Shown here: positions 9,005 through 18,478 of the stretch, one piece after another
Numbering within the stretch: position 1 is the stretch's first letter
Layout: each line of letters begins with the position of its first letter
NCBI GenBank assembly: GCA_036770325.1
Contig: DAIPJJ010000002.1
Coordinates: 1-62,569 of the forward strand
Reading direction: 5' to 3'
DNA: 62,569 bases
From: Terriglobales bacterium
GTDB taxonomy: Bacteria > Acidobacteriota > Terriglobia > Terriglobales > Acidobacteriaceae
The notes under the pieces: model-generated
Seen by the model: the letters and a program-made list of their open reading frames with translations, nothing else
Databases searched by the model: none
Told to the model about the DNA's origin: nothing
Translations under genes and position numbers: made by a program

Positions 9005-10779
9005 CGCAGGCCGGCCCGCTCCACGCCTGCGTTCTGGCGCAGATAAAGCTCGTCAGCATTCCAGAGTGTGTAATGGTCGAGCACGGCAGGATGAAAGTTG
9101 CCGATCTGAGCTTTCGCCCCAACCAGCACATCGGGCGTGGCCAGAAAGATGAAGGGCAGGTTCTGCGCGACTAACTCCTGTACACGGTCATACATCCGCT
9201 TGCGCTTTGCGTAATTGAGCGTGACCATCTGCTGCTGCATGAGTTGGTCGATTTCGCGCTCCCAATCGGTGGCAGGTTTCGATTCATTCAAGTGCCAGAT
9301 GTGGGTTGCGCCGTTTGAAAGCCATACGTTCATCTCAGGATTCGGATCGGGATCTCCGCCGCCGAGGCCCATAATTGCCGCGTCGTAATTGAAGCTCTGG
9401 AACACGCGGTCGAGCATGGCGCGGAAATCCAGCGGCACCACGCTTACCTGCACGCCTAACTTTGCGAGATCGTCTTGCACCAACGTCGCCATTTTCATGC
9501 GCTGCGTGTTCGACGAGCTGGTGACAATCGAGAACGAAACCTGCTTGCCGGAAGCATCAAGCAGTTGCCCGGTGCTGTTCCAGCTGAATCCTGCCGATTT
9601 CAATAGTTGGCGGGCGGTGTCGAGCGAGCGCTGCGGATGCGGAATTAAGTTATCCAGCCAGAGTTTGTTGCCCGGGCCGACATTGCCCCACAGCGGAGTC
9701 CCTCTCGCTCCGTAGACCAGCTTGACAATTGAGTTGCGATCAATCGCAAGTGAAACCGCCTGGCGGAATTTGAGATCGCGAAACCAGGCTTGTTTGCTGG
9801 CGACGTCGCCCAGCTTTTTCGCATCGATGTCGTTCAGATTAAAAACCAGGAAGTTATATTCGAGGCTTGGGCCGAGGTCGGCAAGCTGCCAGCCGTTGCG
9901 CGAGCTCTCTTTTGAAAGCAGCGCGTAGTTCTCCGCGCTCAGGCGGCTGACCATGTCGGTTTCGCCGGCTTCGAAGCGCATCACCTGCTGGTCTTCGCTG
10001 CCGACGAACAGGAACACAAGTTCATCGAGATACGGCAAGCGGTGGTTCTCGCGGTCGGCTTTCCAGTAGTAAGGATTGCGTTCGAGAACGATCCGCTGTC
10101 CGGCGACATACTGCTTCACGCGAAATGGGCCGAGTCCGGCAATTTCGGAAGGCTGCGTGTTCAATGACCAGGTCTGGTCAAAATGGCCTTCTTTGTACGG
10201 CTTTTCGAGCAGATGTTTCGGCAGCATCGCGAGCCCGTCGAACAAGCGCTCGGCGGCTGCGTACGGTCGAGGCAAAGTGAAGCGGACGGTGTATTGATCA
10301 AGCTTCGCAACTTCGAGCGGCTTGCCGTCAATCACAAGCAGATCGCGCTGCGGCGAACCGACATTCTCGTCGAGATAGAGTGCGAACGAAAAAACGACGT
10401 CATCGGCATCGAACGGCTGCCCGTCTGAAAAGCGAATGCCTTTGCGCAGATGTAACGTGAAGACGCGGCCATCGGGCGATGTCTTCCACGATTCGGCCAG
10501 TGCAGGCTCGGTCTTCTGCGATACGCGGTTGATGCTGATCAAATCTGCATTCAAGCGTCCGGTCACTTCGCGGGAGATTGCGTCAGTCGCGGTGACCGGA
10601 TTCAATGTCTTCGGCTCAGCACGCTGCCCAATGACGAGGCGTCCGCCGTAGCGGCCAACTTCATCATTTACGTGCTGAATGTCTTCTGAAGAACTAATGG
10701 GCGCCGGAGACGGGCCAGAGGCCACCGCTACGGCTGCAAGAAGGCACACGATGAGGGCAAGGCGAGCTATGGTTTTCAT
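9001..10779 (-). CDS. ABC transporter substrate-binding protein, family 5 (peptide/nickel type)
   Basis: About 590 aa with a signal peptide MKTIARLALIVCLLAAVAVA and DppA/OppA-like length and composition. It is the last gene of the ABC gene set. The ATG at 10779 is preferred over the GTG at 10794. Confidence 0.88.
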   Translation of the reverse strand: MKTIARLALIVCLLAAVAVASGPSPAPISSSEDIQHVNDEVGRYGGRLVIGQRAEPKTLNPVTATDAISREVTGRLNADLISINRVSQKTEPALAESWKTSPDGRVFTLHLRKGIRFSDGQPFDADDVVFSFALYLDENVGSPQRDLLVIDGKPLEVAKLDQYTVRFTLPRPYAAAERLFDGLAMLPKHLLEKPYKEGHFDQTWSLNTQPSEIAGLGPFRVKQYVAGQRIVLERNPYYWKADRENHRLPYLDELVFLFVGSEDQQVMRFEAGETDMVSRLSAENYALLSKESSRNGWQLADLGPSLEYNFLVFNLNDIDAKKLGDVASKQAWFRDLKFRQAVSLAIDRNSIVKLVYGARGTPLWGNVGPGNKLWLDNLIPHPQRSLDTARQLLKSAGFSWNSTGQLLDASGKQVSFSIVTSSSNTQRMKMATLVQDDLAKLGVQVSVVPLDFRAMLDRVFQSFNYDAAIMGLGGGDPDPNPEMNVWLSNGATHIWHLNESKPATDWEREIDQLMQQQMVTLNYAKRKRMYDRVQELVAQNLPFIFLATPDVLVGAKAQIGNFHPAVLDHYTLWNADELYLRQNAGVERAGLR

Positions 10780-10803
10780 AACGCCCTTCCCCACAGAACT
10801 TGG

Positions 10804-11847
10804 TCAGATTGAATGAGATTGTAACCAGTGATGGATGGCGTCGGCCAGAAGCCAGTAAGTAACTGAAGTAACTACCAGCGCGAACGCCGGTGCCAGCAGC
10901 CAGTAGTAAGAAACCAGCACGTTGTATTGCTGCAGGGTGCTCATCATGTTTCCCCAGCTTGCGACAGGCTCAGAGATGCCAAGCCCGAAGAAGGACAAAA
11001 CGGCCTCAGCCGCGACATATTGCGGAACAAGCAGCGCCGCTTGCGTGAGAAGGATTCCGAATGTTTCGGGCAGAACGTGACGCTTCAAGAGATAAAAGTT
11101 CGACGCACCGAACCCGCGTGCCGCCACAACGTAATTGCGATTGCGCGCGCTGAGCACGATGCCTCGCACAAGCCGCGCCGGCCGCGCCCAGCCGATTACG
11201 CCGATGACGCAGATGATCAGGAAGAACGTACTTATCGCGCTGAGATGCAACGGCAGGAATGCGCGGACTCCGATCAAAAAGTAAAACCAGGGCAGGGACA
11301 AAAACAGTTCTGCCGAACCCATCAGTGATTCGTCAACCAGCTTGCCGTAATAACCGGAGATGGTGCCGACGACGGCAGCGACGGATAGCGTGATCAGCGT
11401 CGCGAGTAGCCCGGCTGCCAGCGAAATCTGGCCACCATACAGTAAGCGCGAAAATTCGTCGCGGCCGTAGGAATCTGTGCCGAAGAGAAATATGTGGCCC
11501 GGAAAATTGGCGCCAAAAAGGTGCACTGAGCTTGGAATCAAGCCGAGTATCTTGTACCGATCGCCGCTTACGAAAAAGTGCAGCGGATATTCGTGCGCGT
11601 AGTCTTCGTGCAGGCCGTCGGAGTCAGGAGTGAGCTCATATACAAATGGCCGCAGGTGCAAACCGGATCGACCGACAAAATGCAGGCGGGTAGGCTGCGC
11701 GTACGCAAGCTCCCGATTCTGCGCAGCCGGATCGTACGGCGCGACGAATCCCGCCAGCAGGATGGCAAGATGCGCGGCGGCCAATACGATTATCAGCACA
11801 ACTGTCCTACGCCGCATCGGACTCTCCTGCGCGTATTCGCGGGTCAC
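10804..11847 (-). CDS. ABC transporter permease (DppC/OppC-like)
   Basis: 347-aa polytopic membrane protein of the BPD_transp_1 type. It overlaps the upstream permease gene. An alternative start is at 11817. Confidence 0.88.
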   Translation of the reverse strand: MTREYAQESPMRRRTVVLIIVLAAAHLAILLAGFVAPYDPAAQNRELAYAQPTRLHFVGRSGLHLRPFVYELTPDSDGLHEDYAHEYPLHFFVSGDRYKILGLIPSSVHLFGANFPGHIFLFGTDSYGRDEFSRLLYGGQISLAAGLLATLITLSVAAVVGTISGYYGKLVDESLMGSAELFLSLPWFYFLIGVRAFLPLHLSAISTFFLIICVIGVIGWARPARLVRGIVLSARNRNYVVAARGFGASNFYLLKRHVLPETFGILLTQAALLVPQYVAAEAVLSFFGLGISEPVASWGNMMSTLQQYNVLVSYYWLLAPAFALVVTSVTYWLLADAIHHWLQSHSI

Positions 11848-12784
11848 ACGTAAACAGCAGTAGGTCGGCGATCAAATTGCCCGCCAGCATAAACAACGCC
11901 GAAAGCATCACTGCGCCGATCACAACATAAAGATCACGCGCCATGGTGGCTTCAAGAACCAAAGATCCAAGGCCTGGCCAGCCGGTCACGACTTCGACCA
12001 GCAGCGAACCGCCGAGCAGGCCAGCGATTGAAAATCCGAAGAGCGAAATTGCCGGATTGGCGGCCAACGGCAGCACATGGCGAAACATCAGTCTCGCTTT
12101 GCTGATCCCGAGTCCGCGCGCAGCCTGAATGCATGGCGCGTCGAGTACTTCGAGTACGCTTGTGCGCACGTGACGCTCGACAATGGCGACACCACCGGGA
12201 ACCAGAATCGAAACCGGCAGCAGCATGTGACGAAGCACATCGGTGAATTTGGCCCAGCCCGAGAGATCGTCAAAATCCAACGACACCATTCCGCCGACAG
12301 GAACAATGCGCGAACGAACCGCCAACGCGAGTAAAGCAATAGAGACAACAATTTCCGGCAAAGAAATCAGTAGGGAGCTTCCTGTGCCAATGACTCGGTC
12401 AGTGACTCTGCCCCGTGAGCTCGCGCTCCAGACACCCAGCGGCAACCCAATGATCCATGTGAAGACGAGTGCGACCGATGTGAGCACCAGAGTGTTCTTT
12501 GCGCGTTCCCAAAGCAGGGGCGCTACGGGCGAGTTATAGCCCAGTGAGAATCCAAAGTCGCCGCGCGCCAGCGACGTTATCCAATGTCCATATCGCACAA
12601 CTAATGGCTGACTAAGTCCAAAGTGTTGCTGCAAATTGGCGATTGTTTCCGGCGAAATCTGCGGGTTCAATCGCATCTCGTCAAAAAAGCTTCCCGGAGC
12701 AAGTTCCGTGAACATGAAACAAAGTGCGGAAACTCCAATGAGGAGCAGCACCGCGCGCGCGAATCTTTGCGCGAGATGTTTCAT
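11807..12784 (-). CDS. ABC transporter permease (DppB/OppB-like)
   Basis: 325 aa with N-terminal MKHLAQRFARAVLLLIGVSALCF typical of DppB/OppB, and multiple TM segments. It has a 4-nt overlap with the upstream ATPase gene. Confidence 0.9.
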   Translation of the reverse strand: MKHLAQRFARAVLLLIGVSALCFMFTELAPGSFFDEMRLNPQISPETIANLQQHFGLSQPLVVRYGHWITSLARGDFGFSLGYNSPVAPLLWERAKNTLVLTSVALVFTWIIGLPLGVWSASSRGRVTDRVIGTGSSLLISLPEIVVSIALLALAVRSRIVPVGGMVSLDFDDLSGWAKFTDVLRHMLLPVSILVPGGVAIVERHVRTSVLEVLDAPCIQAARGLGISKARLMFRHVLPLAANPAISLFGFSIAGLLGGSLLVEVVTGWPGLGSLVLEATMARDLYVVIGAVMLSALFMLAGNLIADLLLFTCDPRIRAGESDAA

Positions 12785-13647
12785 GCTGAGGCTCCTTGCT
12801 CAAGTTTCCCTTTCAGCCGTTGGGCGCTCGCGATCAGCTCCCGCGTTTCCGCATGTTGCGGGTCTGAGATGATCTTGTGCGTCGGCCCTTGTTCGACAAT
12901 TCGCCCCGCCGAAATAACAGCAACCGACTCAGCTATCCGTGCAACCAATGCGAGGTCGTGCGAGATAAGAAGATAAGTCAGTGAGTACTTTGCCTGCAGC
13001 TTCCGCAGCATCTGCGCAATTTCGGCTTGCGTTGAAAGATCGAGGCCAGACAGGGCTTCGTCGAGAACCAGGATCTTCGGCTGCAGCGTCAACGCCCGCG
13101 CGATTGCGATTCGTTGTTTTTGCCCGCCGCTGAATTCTGTGATCCTCCGATCGAGCCAGTCAGGTGAAAGCGCCACTTCTTCCATCAACTCTGCGGCGCG
13201 GCTTCGGCGTTGCTCGCGGGTGACGCGATTCTGAATCAGCAGCGGTTCTTCGATGGTCTCGGCGGCGGTCATTCGCGGGTTCATCGCGGTGCTGGGATCC
13301 TGAAAAATCATCTGAATCTGGTGGCGAAAAGGCTGCAATTCACGCGCTGAAAGGCGCGCGATGTTGACGTCGTTCAGCCAGATGTCGCCTGAATCCGGCC
13401 TCTCTAATCTCGTGACACAACGAGCGATCGTCGATTTGCCGGAACCCGAAGTTCCGACCAGTGCCAACGTCGTACCCGCAGAAATTTCGAAGCTCACGCC
13501 GGCGGCGGCGTTTACCTCTTTACGTCGCCAGAACTGGCTTCGGACTGCGTAGCGCTTCGACAGCCCGCAAACGCCAAGCGCAATCGGCCCCGAAATTCGA
13601 GAATCAGTGAGCATATTGGGTAGAACTGGCAGCAGCACCGAGAGCAA
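12781..13647 (-). CDS. ABC transporter ATP-binding protein (OppF/DppF-like)
   Basis: Walker A GTSGSGKST, ABC signature FSGGQKQR and Walker B ILVLDEALS. An alternative start is at 13614. Confidence 0.9.
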   Translation of the reverse strand: MLSVLLPVLPNMLTDSRISGPIALGVCGLSKRYAVRSQFWRRKEVNAAAGVSFEISAGTTLALVGTSGSGKSTIARCVTRLERPDSGDIWLNDVNIARLSARELQPFRHQIQMIFQDPSTAMNPRMTAAETIEEPLLIQNRVTREQRRSRAAELMEEVALSPDWLDRRITEFSGGQKQRIAIARALTLQPKILVLDEALSGLDLSTQAEIAQMLRKLQAKYSLTYLLISHDLALVARIAESVAVISAGRIVEQGPTHKIISDPQHAETRELIASAQRLKGKLEQGASA

Positions 13648-14431
13648 ATTCTTTGGCTAATCCGACCAGAGTGCGTGTGTAAGGATGAGCAGGCTTTCGG
13701 AACAGATCGGTTGTCGCGCCGTGCTCAACTATTCGGCCCGCCTGCATCACTGCGGTATTGTCCGCAAATCCAGCAAGCGTGGCCGGGTCATGCGTGATCC
13801 AAATTAGAGCGGTCCCATCCCGTCGCACGATTGCAGACATCAAGGACTGAATTTGCACCTGTAGCGCCGGATCGAGTTTGCTCGTGGCCTCATCGGCAAT
13901 AACTAACGCCGGACTGCATGCGATTGCCTGCGCAATCACAACCCGCTGTCGCTGGCCGCCGCTGAGCTGGTGCGGATACGAGTCCGCGATCCGCTCGGGA
14001 TCATCGAGGCCGACTTCACCAAGCAATTCGCCCACGCGCACTTTGCGTTCCGCGCGTGTTAGCTCAAGGTGCGCACGCAATACTTCTGAAACCTGCGTTC
14101 CCGCGCGCATTATGGGATTCAACGACATCGCCGGGTCCTGCGGGATTATCGAAATCTGGCGGCCACGAATTTTTCGTAGCTGGCGGTCATCCAACTCCGT
14201 CAACTCGCAACCGCCGAGCAGAATTGAGCCGCTGACCTCAGCCGATGCAGGCAGCAATCGCACGATCGCGGCCGCCAAGGTGCTCTTCCCCGATCCTGAC
14301 TCACCGAGAATCCCGAGGACCTCTCCTTGCCCGATCCGCAGACTCACATTGTCAAGCGCAAGCACCGGCGTGCCCCGCTCGGGAACGTAGCGGACACACA
14401 AATGCCGGACCTCTGCGAGGGCGCAAGTCAT
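13604..14431 (-). CDS. ABC transporter ATP-binding protein (OppD/DppD-like)
   Basis: Walker A GESGSGKST, signature LSGGQRQR and Walker B ALVIADEATS. I chose the start at ATG 14431 (MTCALAEVRHLCVRY). The 143-aa upstream extension in the ORF track is low-complexity and overlaps the divergent methyltransferase gene. Confidence 0.88.
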   Translation of the reverse strand: MTCALAEVRHLCVRYVPERGTPVLALDNVSLRIGQGEVLGILGESGSGKSTLAAAIVRLLPASAEVSGSILLGGCELTELDDRQLRKIRGRQISIIPQDPAMSLNPIMRAGTQVSEVLRAHLELTRAERKVRVGELLGEVGLDDPERIADSYPHQLSGGQRQRVVIAQAIACSPALVIADEATSKLDPALQVQIQSLMSAIVRRDGTALIWITHDPATLAGFADNTAVMQAGRIVEHGATTDLFRKPAHPYTRTLVGLAKEFALGAAASSTQYAH

Positions 14432-14496
14432 GCCTTCATAGTGAGCTTTCGGGGGCGCGGTGTGGAGGTTACTTCGGTGTTCGTATGTCTCCCTGA

Positions 14497-15285
14497 ATGC
14501 ACTATTTCGCTCTGAACTTAGTGAGTTACCTCTTCGTGATCCCGTCTCGGTTAAATTTGGATGAAATGGCACATTACTTCCCAATCGCGTTGCCACAACG
14601 CGATTCACTGCTGAAAACGGCAGATGCCCGCCTGCATCCCTCTTTGCGCGATCCCAACTTCCTGGTGCTTCGTTCGCGCAAAATGATTCTTGAAAAATGG
14701 ATTGCCGAACTCGAAGGCACAGAGCTAAACGTGCTCGACGTAGGCGGGCGGTACCAACCGTATCGACCGCTGTTTGGAGAGCGTGCAAAGCGTTACTACG
14801 CGTGTGATATTTTGCAGACTGAGTTGGTTGATGTTTTGGGGAGTGGGGAGTCGCTGCCATTCGCTGACAATACCTTCGACGTTGTCATTGCCACGCAGGT
14901 GTTTGAATATTTTGCAAGACCACACAACGCGGCGGAGCAAATCTGCCGAGTGCTCAAACCGGGCGGGTCTCTGCTGATGAGCGTTGCCGCCTTGGCCCCG
15001 CGCTTCGTGGACGAGGAGTGCTGGAGGTTTACACCGCGAGGCATTCGCGCTACTCTCGTGACTTTTTCCGATGTGAAGATCGTCCCCGAGCTTTCGAGTG
15101 CCGGCGGAACACTGCGGACGTTGAATCTTGCTGTGCAAAGTTTTTCCAGATACAAGCCGCTGCAGGCGATCGCTAGAGTTACAACGTGTCCCATGCTGAA
15201 CGTCGCTGGGCTTGCGGTTGACGCACTCCGCCTGACAGACAACGATCAGTTCACATCGAACTACAGCGTTCTGGCGAGGAAGTGA
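14497..15285 (+). CDS. class I SAM-dependent methyltransferase
   Basis: Motif I VLDVGGR, a post-I acidic residue and LKPGGSLLMSV (Methyltransf_11-like). The true start may be ATG 14566 (MAHYFPI). Confidence 0.78.
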   Translation: MHYFALNLVSYLFVIPSRLNLDEMAHYFPIALPQRDSLLKTADARLHPSLRDPNFLVLRSRKMILEKWIAELEGTELNVLDVGGRYQPYRPLFGERAKRYYACDILQTELVDVLGSGESLPFADNTFDVVIATQVFEYFARPHNAAEQICRVLKPGGSLLMSVAALAPRFVDEECWRFTPRGIRATLVTFSDVKIVPELSSAGGTLRTLNLAVQSFSRYKPLQAIARVTTCPMLNVAGLAVDALRLTDNDQFTSNYSVLARK

Positions 15286-15360
15286 TTTCCGCAAAAAGTG
15301 GTGGATAAAACAAAAGGCTCCGGCATTCCGCCGAAGCCCTGTGCCCGAAAAACACCTCGG

Positions 15361-17214
15361 CTAAGGTAAGTAATAACGGAACGAGGTGAGAAACATATTC
15401 TCAACCCCGTGCGGCGCAGTGAAGTGTGAAGTCACACACGGGCCGGTAAGCGCAGCGGGTCCGCAAGCCTCCCATGAGTTGCGCATGAGATACGAGTATT
15501 GCGGCCCCCATTGCAGCGTCCCTTTCGGCCCTTTGTAGAAGCGATACCAGAAACCCGCGGTGCCTTCGATCACGTTGCGCGTGTTCGCCGTGCAGTTCGC
15601 AGGATTGCTGGGCAGGAATCCGCTGGATGAAACCGGTACCTGACCAGCGGTCGGAGTTTGACCGGGAACGATCTCCAGATAGCAGCCCGAATTGTTTGCC
15701 GTCGGAGAACCATACCCTACCGTGGCTCCTTTGCCGTTGAATTCGTAGTGCCTGCCCACGAATTCAGCACCGGCATTCAGATACAGGTCCAGCTTTGCGG
15801 TGTGGAACTCCAACATGCCGAGCCCCTGAGCGCTCTTTAAGAGCGCCAGAGTTCCATCCGGATTCACAGTAACGTCGGGAAGGCCTGCAGCGCCGTAGCG
15901 TCCCATGCCGTCGCCGCCAAGGAAGTGCCCAACGATGTCGAGATGCTTGTTGAGCACCGTGAATCGCGCATTCGCTCCAACGCCAGCAGCGGTGGTCGAA
16001 AAATTGCGCGCTCCTGCCGCTGTCGGGGTAGTCGCTGTTGCGCCCGGATAGATTCGATCGCGGAAGTCACGGATCACGCCGAAGAGTTCAAAGTGTCCGA
16101 AACCCGGCTCTGCGGCGGCTTTGAGAATAATGTCAGGTGAAGGATTGAACGTGTACGTCGCGGTCGGGTTATACAGACCTCCACTGGTTCCGGCAGAGCC
16201 AAGCAGGAAATTTTGTGCCTGCCCGCTCGCCGAGAAAATTCCCTGCGCATTTTCAACTGCGGCCCCCAGCCAGAACTTGTTTGCGAAGTTCTTCGTGACC
16301 CGGAACCCGTACTGCCGAGACCAACTGAAACCGACGTTATACGAAGGATCGATATTCATTGGAATGCCTTCGCTGCGGTTATCGAGGCCTTTCTTTGTTT
16401 CTGTTACAAGGCTCCACATTTGTCCGGCGGTGAAGGTGAATCCATCATCGAGCGCCGCCTGCCCCCAAACCTGACGTTGCCGCAGCGAGTAGCTGTTGCT
16501 TTGGTTGGCATTGGAGGTGATACCTGCCGAAAGGAAATCGGCTTCCACGTATCCGGCGAGTTTCGCAATGTTGGTCTTGCCTTCGGCCAGCATCGAGACT
16601 CGCGATTGACGTCCGGTGCCATAGAACTCGCTCATGTGGGTCGCATCGGCGCCGGGCATAGAGATCGAGTTGAACGGCGTGTTGATGTCGGATCCGAGCG
16701 AGTGCTGGCGCCAGACGGTTTCTGCAGCTAGAAAGCCTCCAGGCGTGATCGTGATGCCCTTGTAGTGGATCGCAGCCGGGCTCTCAAGCGCCGTGTGGAT
16801 GTTCTTTTGCGTTTCCTGCAGCGCGACCGCCGAGTTGGTCACGTTCGATTTGAGGTCCGCGACATCGCTCTTGAGCGAAGTCACGGTCTGTTGCTGCTCC
16901 GCCGTTTGCGAGGCAGCAGCGTCGGCCTTCGATTCCGCCTGCGAGGTGGCCGACTGGCTTTGGTTCACCTGCTGTTGTAATTGCTGCAGTTCACGGTCAC
17001 GGCTCTGCAGTTGATCGCTGAGCTGCTTGATCTGTTGTTGCTGGGCATCAATCGCCTGCTTCAGTTGGTCCAACTGGGCAGCAATCGCCGAATCGCTTTT
17101 CGAAGCTGCGGCCCTGTGTCGCGTGGTTTTAGTAGCCGCCGCCGTACTTTGCTGGGCTTGCGCCGCGAACGTCGAAAATACAAACGTCAGCGCCAAAGCC
17201 ATGAATCGCTTCAT
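15361..17214 (-). CDS. putative outer-membrane beta-barrel (porin-like) protein with an N-terminal Q-rich coiled coil
   Basis: Start at ATG 17214 with the SD aggaga. It has a signal peptide MKRFMALALTFVFSTFAAQA, about 130 aa of heptad-like Q/S/A-rich sequence, then about 450 aa of alternating aromatic/Gly-rich beta-strand-like sequence. The family assignment is tentative. Confidence 0.6.
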   Translation of the reverse strand: MKRFMALALTFVFSTFAAQAQQSTAAATKTTRHRAAASKSDSAIAAQLDQLKQAIDAQQQQIKQLSDQLQSRDRELQQLQQQVNQSQSATSQAESKADAAASQTAEQQQTVTSLKSDVADLKSNVTNSAVALQETQKNIHTALESPAAIHYKGITITPGGFLAAETVWRQHSLGSDINTPFNSISMPGADATHMSEFYGTGRQSRVSMLAEGKTNIAKLAGYVEADFLSAGITSNANQSNSYSLRQRQVWGQAALDDGFTFTAGQMWSLVTETKKGLDNRSEGIPMNIDPSYNVGFSWSRQYGFRVTKNFANKFWLGAAVENAQGIFSASGQAQNFLLGSAGTSGGLYNPTATYTFNPSPDIILKAAAEPGFGHFELFGVIRDFRDRIYPGATATTPTAAGARNFSTTAAGVGANARFTVLNKHLDIVGHFLGGDGMGRYGAAGLPDVTVNPDGTLALLKSAQGLGMLEFHTAKLDLYLNAGAEFVGRHYEFNGKGATVGYGSPTANNSGCYLEIVPGQTPTAGQVPVSSSGFLPSNPANCTANTRNVIEGTAGFWYRFYKGPKGTLQWGPQYSYLMRNSWEACGPAALTGPCVTSHFTAPHGVENMFLTSFRYYLP

Positions 17215-17479
17215 GTTCTCTTCTCCTGATGAACACAAGTTAAAACTGCTGAACAAAAAGAAATTTGGGGTTGTCTTTTCAAGATGCGAAAGCGATCGCG
17301 AGTAAGCTCCATGCTAGTTGCCGCGTGGTTAAGACCGAATGAACGCACTTTTAATGTTGCGTGAATTCTGAGCGGCTTTAACGCAAATTACAGGCAAGCG
17401 TTGGCGAATGGGATACTTTGAAAGCGGCCTCTTTCGGCTGAAGATCGCTTCAGAACGCTAACTCAGGATGCGAAATGAG

Positions 17480-17516
17480 TGCTGAAAAGTTGCCCTCCGG
17501 CTGATGGCCGGAGGGC
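17480..17516 (-). terminator. rho-independent terminator of the SYLF gene
   Basis: Perfect 10-bp GC-rich stem gccctccggc/gccggagggc (17492-17501 / 17507-17516) with a 5-nt loop. On the minus strand it is followed by aactttt. It lies 34 nt downstream of the stop at 17550. Confidence 0.65.
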
Positions 17517-17549
17517 GATACTGGCGGCTTCCATGATCCATTCTGATTC

Positions 17550-18257
17550 TTACTCGAGCGACTTGGGGTCAGAGAGGTTCCTGGGCGAAGATTTCTGCAG
17601 TTGAGCGTCCAACAGATGGGCGGCGGCGGGGGTACCCACTTTGCCTTCCCTCAGGATTTCTTTGGCAGTTAACTTTCGCCCATAAAGTTTCTCATTCGCG
17701 CCATTGTCAGGACGGAGCGTTGAGCCCTCGAGCGAAACGCCGGCAAATAATCCGCGCGAGCGCGAGTACGAAAGGATTTCTGCTCGCATCGCCACGTCGG
17801 TTGCGGCGGTTGTAGTGCGCCCTTTCGGTCCTGCGGCCGCGGCGGCGTCGGCGCCGAGTTTCACTTTGCTTGCCATCAGCGACTCCGCTCCTCTTGGGTT
17901 CATTACGAGCAGGACGAAATCCGTCGCCTGGCCTCCGAGCTGAAAGCCGATATTTCCGCCTTCAAGCGCGTACATGGCGGGCGCACCCCATGAACCCTTG
18001 AAGTGCTCGCCCGTCCGGCAAACCATTACGCCTCGGCCATAACTTGCGCCGATGCCGACGGCAAGCTTCTTAACTGATGGCAACACGATGACGCACTCCG
18101 CGCGGTCGAGTAAATCCTGGGGAATGTCATCGGGAATGTTCAATATTTCCTTCAAAACGACGCCCGCGTCTTTGACCCGGTCGACTTCCTTCTCGTTGTC
18201 GGCAGCGAAAGCAGGCAGGGACAGAAGCGTCAGCAAGAATGCGATGCACTTTTTCAT
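17550..18257 (-). CDS. SYLF (Ysc84/DUF500) lipid-binding domain protein, secreted
   Basis: 235 aa with a signal peptide MKKCIAFLLTLLSLPAFA. The pattern CVIVLPSVKK...GIGASYGRGV...GGNIGFQLGG is characteristic of SYLF domains. Confidence 0.8.
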   Translation of the reverse strand: MKKCIAFLLTLLSLPAFAADNEKEVDRVKDAGVVLKEILNIPDDIPQDLLDRAECVIVLPSVKKLAVGIGASYGRGVMVCRTGEHFKGSWGAPAMYALEGGNIGFQLGGQATDFVLLVMNPRGAESLMASKVKLGADAAAAAGPKGRTTTAATDVAMRAEILSYSRSRGLFAGVSLEGSTLRPDNGANEKLYGRKLTAKEILREGKVGTPAAAHLLDAQLQKSSPRNLSDPKSLE

Positions 18258-18478
18258 TGGCTTTCCTCGATTTTAGATTTCCAGCATTTTACCTTCCGCG
18301 CGAACCGCGCCGGGCGAGTAAATCTTGCCGCCTAGTGACCGTTTGAGTGCTCCTTTTGTAACTTGGAGAAGCCGCGCCAGTAGCCTAGATTCAAGCGAAC
18401 GGGGGAGTTGGCCGGGGAGCGTCTTCGGCAAGCCACGTGCATCTAATGATTGAGGGGTAGCCTCCGCCGTGGCTATCC

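Noticed and set aside
14432-14860. 143-codon N-terminal extension of the OppD-like ATPase ORF (track entry 13604-14860)
   Set aside because: The extension has no ABC homology and is low-complexity. It overlaps the divergent methyltransferase gene. The ATG at 14431 gives a normal-length ATPase beginning just before the Walker A region.
17257-17549. Possible riboswitch or sRNA in the long leader upstream of the porin-like gene
   Set aside because: Apart from the SYLF-gene terminator hairpin (17492-17516), I see no conserved riboswitch core or strong structure.
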